Source: Eledone cirrhosa | Taxonomy: Eukaryota | Assembly (NCBI GenBank): GCA_964016885.1 | Contig: OZ024764.1 | Span: forward strand, 2,232,001-2,296,000 | DNA: 64,000 nt | Direction: 5' to 3' | Shown: positions 56,692 through 64,000 of the stretch, piece by piece | How positions within the stretch are numbered: the first letter of the stretch is position 1 | How the letters are laid out: every line of letters begins with the position of its first letter | Notes under the pieces: generated by a model | The model's input: only the letters and a program-made list of their open reading frames with translations | Told to the model about the DNA's origin: nothing | Database searches by the model: none | Made by a program: the position numbers and the translations under genes

Positions 56692-57915
56692 TAATAATAA
56701 TAATAATAATGAAATTATTGTGTACAGTGCTCAGGTGCACTACAACTCATCAAAGGTGCATGTATAGTACATAGAATAATGTACAAATGTCAGGAAAGTG
56801 AACAGTGTATGAGTCATGATATACATGTGTGTGTGTGTATGGACGGGGAATATCAGGTGTAGTGTTGGAGAATCTCGTATGGAGGTTTTAAAGGATGCAG
56901 TGTCTCGACAGCTAACAACTTATGCAGGTAGTTTGTTTCATGGAGGTTTTAAAGGATGCAGTGTCTCGGCAGCTAACAACTGATGCAGGGAGTTTGTTTC
57001 ATGGAGGTTTTAAAGGATGCAGTGCCTCGACAGCTAACAACTGATGCAGGTAGTTTGTTCCATGGAGGTTTTACAGGATGCAGTGTCCCGACAGCTAACT
57101 GATGCTGGTAGTTTGTTCCATGGAGGTTTTAAAGGATGCAGTGTCTCGACAGCTAACAACTGATGCAGGGAGTTTGTTTCATGGAGGTTTTAAAGGATGC
57201 AGTGTCTCGGCAGCTAACAACTGATGCAGGGAGTTTGTTTCATGGAGGTTTTAAAGGATGCAGTGTCTCGGCAGCTAACAACTGATGCTGGTAGTTTGTT
57301 CCATGGAGGTTTTAAATGATGCAGTGTCTCGACAGCTAACAACTGATGCAGGTAGTTTGTTCCATGCTTCAGCAACTCTGAGCGTGAAAAAATGTTTCTG
57401 AAAGTCATGGGAGCTGTGCTGTTTTCTGACTTTGTTGGCATGTCCACGTGTGTTAGACACATGGAAATCAAAAAGGTACTCAGGGTTGTTGTTGGCAAGA
57501 TGGTTAATAATTTTGTGGGTGTTTACCAAGTCAGTTGCCAGACGTTGGAGCTTTAATGTATCCATACCCAGGGAAGCAAGGTGTTCAGAGTATGGTAGAT
57601 GCCCGATGGAGGGTATTTGCTTGGTTGCACGTCTCTGAACAGTTTCCAGTTGGTCAATGTTCTGAGCAAGATAGGTGTTCCAGACTGGTGATGCAAATTC
57701 TAAGTGTAGCCGCACCATAGCTATGTACAGCTTTAAATAGATAGCTGGAGAACGGCTGACAAAGGTCTTGCTGAGTGATGCTAAGACACCCTTGGCCCTC
57801 TTGACAATTTTAGAGACGTGCTTCGTCCAACGCAAATCGCTGCTGACCGTAATGCCCAGGTCACGTTCACAAGAGGACTTCTTGACATCAGTGTTGTGGA
57901 GGGAGTATGTGGACG
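56692..57915 (-). mobile_element. CR1 LINE 3' fragment containing an internal 61-bp x8 tandem array (56879-57365)
   Basis: ORF 57275-57835: LKLYIAMVRLHLEFASPVWN...LETVQRRATK...TRGH...FFTLRVAEAWNKLP. (ATT)n tail at ~56692-56712. Confidence 0.92.
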
Positions 57916-57989
57916 CTGTAAAGTGGTAGTGTTGATGCCATAAAATACACCCAGTACACTCTGTAAAGTGATAGTGTCATGATAATATA

Positions 57990-58475
57990 CAAGATTGGTT
58001 GTCTTGCTCGTATAGGGCTATCTGGCAGGTTTTCTACAGCTGGATGCCTTTCCTAACACCAACCACGTTTACAGTGTGGACTGGGAGGTTTTTACCATGT
58101 TACCTCCACGGCCACATTACAGCGTGGACTGTGTTTTTTTTTGTCGTGACACCTACACGACCTCATTTATTTAGGACTGGATGTTGTGGTACCAACATAA
58201 CTTTATAGGGAAAGGGGTGGTGTAGATAGGGTGGGGGATTTGGGGTAGTGGAATGGGAGTGTATGTTTGGTTAAGAGGTGCCTACTGACTGTAGGTTTCA
58301 CTTTGTACTCAGGCAAGGCGGGTCTTCTGTATTACTGCGTAGCGCCAAAGATCTCGGTCCAGTGACATTGTCTTAGAGAGGTGTAAGTGTGTCAGGTTGG
58401 AATTTATCAAATCGTCCCAGGTTTTTTGGGGTCTGCCTACTCCGTAGCTTCCATCTATTTTGATCGCCCTGCACT
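57990..58475 (-). mobile_element. RTE LINE 3' fragment
   Basis: CRAIKIDGSYGVGRPQKTWDDL peptide plus 3' UTR. Confidence 0.85.
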
Positions 58476-58631
58476 TCAGTTTATTGTATTCAACTTTCAG
58501 TTTTGTAAGAGAAGAACAGGTCTGAAATTTTATATTTTCTGGCATGTCTACATGTCTACATATTAAATATATGTATATTTATATACACACTCGTGCAGTC
58601 TTGGCCACACACTCTATATGTATACAGATAT

Positions 58632-59995
58632 GGAGAGAAATGAGGCAAGCATGATCCGTTGGATATGCAGTGTAAATGTGTGTGAACGACCCAGCATGAA
58701 TGTGTTGAGAGAGAAACTGTGTCTGAGAGGGATAGAATGTAGTGTACGGGAGAGGAGACTGAGGTGGTATGGACATGTGATGTGTTGAGAGAGAAACTGT
58801 GTCTGAGAGGGATAGAATGTAGTGTGCGAGAGAGGAGACTGAGGTGGTATGGACATGTGATGTGTTGAGAGAGAAACTGTGTCTGAGAGGGATAGAATGT
58901 AGTGTACGGGAGAGGAGACTGAGGTGGTATGGACATGTGATGTGTTGAGAGAGAAACTGTGTCTGAGAGGGATAGAATGTAGTGTACGGGAGAGGAGACT
59001 GAGGTGGTATGGACATGTGATGTGTTGAGAGAGAAACTGTGTCTGAGAGGGATAGAATGTAGTGTACGGGAGAGGAGACTGAGGTGGTATGGACATGTGA
59101 TGTGTTGAGAGAGAAACTGTGTCTGAGAGGGATAGAATGTAGTGTGCGAGAGAGGAGACTGAGGTGGTATGGACATGTGATGTGTTGAGAGAGAAACTGT
59201 GTCTGAGAGGGATAGAATGTAGTGTACGGGAGAGGAGACTGAGGTGGTATGGACATGTGATGTGTTGAGAGAGAAACTGTGTCTGAGAGGGATAGAATGT
59301 AGTGTGCGGGAGAGGAGACTGAGATGTTATGGACATGTGATGTGTTGAGAGAGAAACTGTGTCTGAGAGGGATAGAATGTAGTGTGCGGGAGAGGAGACT
59401 GAGGTGGTATGGACATGTGATGTGTTGAGAGAGAAACTGTGTCTGAGAGGGATAGAATGTAGTGTACGGGAGAGGAGACTGAGGTGGTATGGACATGTGA
59501 TGTGTTGAGAGAGAAACTGTGTCTGAGAGGGATAGAATGTAGTGTACGGGAGAGGAGACTGAGGTGGTATGGACATGTGATGTGTTGAGAGAGAAACTGT
59601 GTCTGAGAGGGATAGAATGTAGTGTGCGAGAGAGGAGACTGAGGTGGTATGGACATGTGATGTGTTGAGAGAGAAACTGTGTCTGAGAAGGATAGAATGT
59701 AGTGTGCGAGAGAGGAGACTGAGGTGGTATGGACATGTGATGTGCATGGAAGTTGACCGATGGGTGAAGAAGTGCCAGGAAATGCCAGTTGAAGGAAGAC
59801 GTGGTAGAGGTAGACCACGAAAAACATGGGCGGAGGTGGTGAGAACAGACCTCAGATCGCTGAAGCTCACGGTGGAGATGACGAAGGACCGTGACAAGTG
59901 GAGAGATGCTGTGCTGAATAAGACCCATTCCACCCTGGCAAGCAGGTAAAAGCGGACGTAAAATGATGATGATGATGATGATTATGATGATGATA
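58632..59995 (+). mobile_element. RTE LINE 3' fragment with an internal 80-bp x ~13 tandem array (58700-59745)
   Basis: ERNEASMIRW before the array and MEVDRWVKKC...GRPRKTW after it. (GAT)n tail. Confidence 0.93.
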
Positions 59996-60173
59996 TATCG
60001 TACACTTTTGCTGTTGGTGCACTCCTTAATATACATCTGAATATATTACCAATATGAGTGCTAATTATATGCAAATTAATATGTCTATTCCAGAATAATA
60101 CTAAAAACGAATGAGTATATAAGTTCATAAAAAAAAATGTTCCTCCATTCTGCATGATATATATATACATATA

Positions 60174-61043
60174 CAGGGTGTGGACAATATTTGTTCGCAA
60201 TTTTCAACTGCTAATTTTATGCCAATTTTTTTTACTTCCGTTGTCACTCTTGTCTTCATAAAACCAGTGACTATATTTCCATTATTTATTTTCAGAATAA
60301 TTGATTATGAATAATTTTGAACCTCCAAATTTGTGGAAGAGACACGGAGTTCTTCTTGGAATCTGCGCCGGGAGGACAAATAAGGACCAGAAGATCAACT
60401 CCCAGAACAACAGGTGGCTCGCTGTCTCATCCAAAGACGTGCCCAGACTCATGCAGACAAAGTTTCCAGCGACAACATTGGTCTTAGGTGTTGTCTGCAG
60501 TCAAGGTGACGTCATGCCACCTCACTTCTTCCCTGAGGGCCTCAAGCTGAACACCGCGTTCTGAGCGAGGTAGTAAAGGCCTGGATCGACCAGGTAGCTG
60601 CAGGTAGGCCTTACGTGTAGCAGCAAAACTCAGCGCCCTGCCATACCAGCCGAAAGACCCAAGCCTGGCTGTCAGAGAACTTCGTTGACCACACTTCACC
60701 TGACATCTGGCCTCCCAGCTCACCTGACTGCAACCCCCTCGACTTCTTTGTGTGGGGCGCAGTGGAACGAGACACCAACAGATCTAGCTGCAATAAGAAA
60801 GACGATCTGAAGGCCAGGATCACAAGTGCCTTTAGGGGCCTTAGTTGGGGGACAGTGATGAAGGCCTGTAGCTGGTTCCGAGGCCGCCTTGAGGCCGGCA
60901 TCAAAGCCAATTTATCGAGTGAGATTGAAAGAACAAGTCATGAAGACAAACTGACCCAAGTTTGATAAATACATCTTAAAAAATAAAACTACTGTGGTAT
61001 TTTTTCCCAGACAGTAATCTTGCAAACAAATATTGTCCGCACC

Positions 61044-61046
<3 letters not shown>
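60174..61046 (+). mobile_element. Internally deleted Tc1/mariner element of the DD37D (maT) group
   Basis: TIRs CAGGGTGTGGACAATATTTGTT / AACAAATATTGTCCGCACCCTG with TA TSD. Remnant LGVVCSQGDVMPPHFF...QQ(N)SAPCH...WPPSSPDCNPLDFFVW has 37 residues between the mutated second D and the third D. Confidence 0.9.
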
Positions 61047-61074
<28 letters not shown>

Positions 61075-61077
<3 letters not shown>

Positions 61078-63497
61078 TCATCACTGTTTTACGTCCGTTC
61101 TTCCACGCTAGCATGGGGTAGACGGGTTGTCCTATTGTGGGCAGTGTCTGGTCGGCTGACCATGCCTTGCTCATACAGGAACTGATTTGGCTTGATTTCT
61201 ACAGCTGGATGCCCTTCCTAACACCTACCTCATTTACAATGAGTGTTGGGTGCTTTTTCGTGGCGCCTACACGTCCACTTTACAGTGTGGGCTGGGTGCT
61301 TCTTTGCCGTGGCACCTCCACGACCACCTTGCGGTGGGGGTGTGGGGGCATATTGTCTATATGCTTCAGCTTGTACCCATGGGAGGTCGGGTACTCTGTA
61401 TTACTGCGTGACGCCAGAAGTCACGGTCGTGTGTCATCGCTTTTGAGAGGTGTAATTGGGTAAGGTCGGCTTTTTTATCACCTCATCCCAGGTCATCTTG
61501 GGTCTCCCCCACTCCGCGGTTTCCATCGACTTCTAGTACTCTGCACCTTTTTATGCAGCTGTCATCCTTCATACGCATCACATGTCCATACCAGCGCTAA
61601 GCGCCTCTCCTGCACACAGCATTTGATTCCTCTTATGCTCAGTCTCTCTCTCAATTCATTTATGCTTTGTCGTTCACGTATATTACTGTTACACATCCAT
61701 CGGAGCATGCAGGCTTCATTTCTCTCTAATCTACGTAAGTCTTCCACCTTCAGCGCCCAGGTCTCACTACCATGTAACATTGCTGTTCGGATACACGCAT
61801 CATACAGTTTGCCTTTCATTCTGAGGGAGAAGCCTTTTGCAGCTAGCAGTGGTAGTAGTTCCCTAAACTTCTTCCATCCCGTTCTTACCCTAGTTATTGT
61901 ACTTTCTGAACACCCACCTCCGCTGCTAATTCGGTCACCTAGGTAGCAGCAGCTGTCTACTGTTTCTACAGAGCCCTCCCAGAGATTGGTGGTACTTGTT
62001 TCCTGTTGCTGCTTGCTGTCCCAGCACAGCTGCTGCATGTGAAGCCTACATTCTTAATTAAGCTTCCTGAGATCCCGCTACATCTCTTGTGTACCCATTG
62101 TTTGCATTTGGGGCAGAGAATGGAGTTCCTACCTACACCTTTCCTACATACTGAGCAAGGCCATTTCCCTGAGGGGATCTGGGTTCTGTTTTCTCGTCTA
62201 CTTACAAGGACCTTAGTCTTTGTCATGTTGACTTTGAGACCCTTTCTTTCTAGTCCCTGCTTCCAAGTTTGGAATTTCTTCTCTAGTTCTACCATAGATT
62301 CAGCTATAAGTGCGAGGTCATCAGCATACAGGAGTTCCCATGGGCATCCGGTCTTAAACTCCTCCGTTATTGCCTACAGGACTATAACGAACAGGAGGGG
62401 GCTAAGAACAGAGCCCTGGTGGACCCCAACCTGTACACTAAATTCCTCACTATACTCATTGCTAATCCTAACTTTGCTGACTGCTCCCCTATACATGGCT
62501 TGTACCGCTTTCACAAGCCATTCATCTACTCCTAGTTTTCTAAGAGCCCACCAGATTACAGCACGTGGAACTCTGTCAAAGGCTTTCTCATTGTCGACAA
62601 ATGCCAAGTAGAGTGGCTTACTTTTAGCTAGGTACTTTTCCTGTAACTGCCTCACAAAGAAGAGGGCATCAGTGGTGCCTCTTCCTGGTACAAACCCAAA
62701 TTGCATCTCGTCTATTTTCACCCGGTCCCTAATCAACTGTACTATAACTCTTTCTGTTACTTTCATGACCTGGTCCATCAGCTTTATACCTCTATAGTTT
62801 CCTCTATCTAGTGCATCACCTTTACCTTTGTAGCAGTTGACAATGATGCTACTGCACCAATCTTTTGGTATGACACCTTCTAGTATTACCTGGTTAACAA
62901 TACGTGTGGTTATAGTGTGACCTACAGACCCAGATGCCTTCAGCATCTCGGCAGCTATACCCGATGGACCGGTTGCCTTCCCCATCTTCATATCTTTGAT
63001 TGCCTTACTTACTACGTTGCTGCTGACTTGTACTGCTGGCCCCTCTATAGGGTCTACTTGGGGTAGGGTCTCTTCTTCCCATGCATTCTCCTCATTTAGT
63101 AATCTATCATAATGAATCTTCCATGCATCTTTCTTCTCAACACTTGTGAGGGCAAGCTCACCTTTATCATTCCGGATACACTTCTCTCCAATGACATCAC
63201 AATTCTCTCTGACACACTGCCTCGCAATCATGAACACCTCCTGTTTCTGGTCTTCACGTTGCAAAACATGCTTGAATTTTCTATCCTCTTCTTCCCTCTA
63301 AGCTAAGTATACTTGTCGCCTAGCTTCCCTCTTGGTCTCTATGTAATGTACCCTGCTCCACCCGTTCTTCCATTCTTTCCATGCCTGTCTCTTGGCCTTA
63401 ACTGCCTCATCTACCTTATTGTTCCACCACCAAGTCACTCTCCTCCTGCTTGAGGTCTTACTCCAGCCACAGACCTCATCCGTCGCGTCTAGTAAGT
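61075..63497 (-). mobile_element. 5'-truncated, inactivated RTE LINE (RT + PHD-like finger + 3' UTR)
   Basis: ORFs 62374-63264, 61966-62295 and 61562-62038: NYRGIKL, QFGF, AFDRV, GVHQGSVLSPLLF, YADD (~62317-62328), LHGSETW. Confidence 0.95.
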
Positions 63498-63532
63498 TAT
63501 TTAATATATGTATATGTATATATATATATATG

Positions 63533-63584
<52 letters not shown>

Positions 63585-63591
63585 TTATTTA

Positions 63592-63640
<49 letters not shown>

Positions 63641-64000
63641 AGTTATTTAATATATATATATGTATATGGTGGCTGCCAACTCTTTTTCGAGTACGGCCAC
63701 TACTTTATATCCATGTAGGAGAACCCCTACCGATGCGCTGAACGAGTGTGACTTTTTAGTCCAGCCACTGACTTGAAAACTCTGGTACAAACACTACACT
63801 TGTGACAATTATTGACACATAGTGCTGGGCCCATGGTACCATGTGACGACAAGTGCAGAGAGATCTCCAGATATAAAGCAATGCCTGTGCCGTGAAGCTT
63901 TTATAGTGAGCAAAGGTAATGCACAAAGCCAGTCCCACTCTCTTAACCAAGATGATATTTACCAAAAAGAAGAACAAGTCAACATCATTGGATACCATCA

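Noticed and set aside
60020-60062. Extra ACTC...GAGTRCT-like matches (60020-60062, 33151-33213, ~24320-24400)
   Set aside because: Spacing is much longer or there is no bulged upper stem, and no linked HHR was seen. They could be chance matches and were excluded from the motif set.

Overview
Eukaryotic, AT-rich and repeat-saturated DNA. The repeat repertoire is reminiscent of an octopus/cephalopod genome (inference). The only host gene sequence found is the last coding exon (TM6-TM7-C-tail) of an adenosine-receptor-like class A GPCR at 20040-20423 (+). The rest is (TA)n/(TG)n/(GTGA)n microsatellite, decayed RTE and CR1 LINEs, three tRNA-derived SINE families, two Tc1/mariner remnants, a non-autonomous Helitron, piggyBac-like MITE arrays and several minisatellites born inside retroelement 3' ends. 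Almost all long ORFs in the track are repeat artefacts. The most interesting signal is not visible in the ORF track. About 20 short elements from at least 8 sequence-unrelated families sit mostly in or beside (TA)n tracts and are often fold-back palindromes. Many carry type I hammerhead ribozyme (HHR) cores (CUGANGA...GAAA...UH), two of them directly downstream of Penelope-like GIY-YIG coding sequence. About 8 families also share a bulged stem-loop near their 3' end (ACTC - variable covarying upper stem - 1-2 nt 3' bulge - GAGTRCY) that I do not recognise as a described motif. All structures were read by eye, none is computed or tested, and coordinates are approximate to a few bases.
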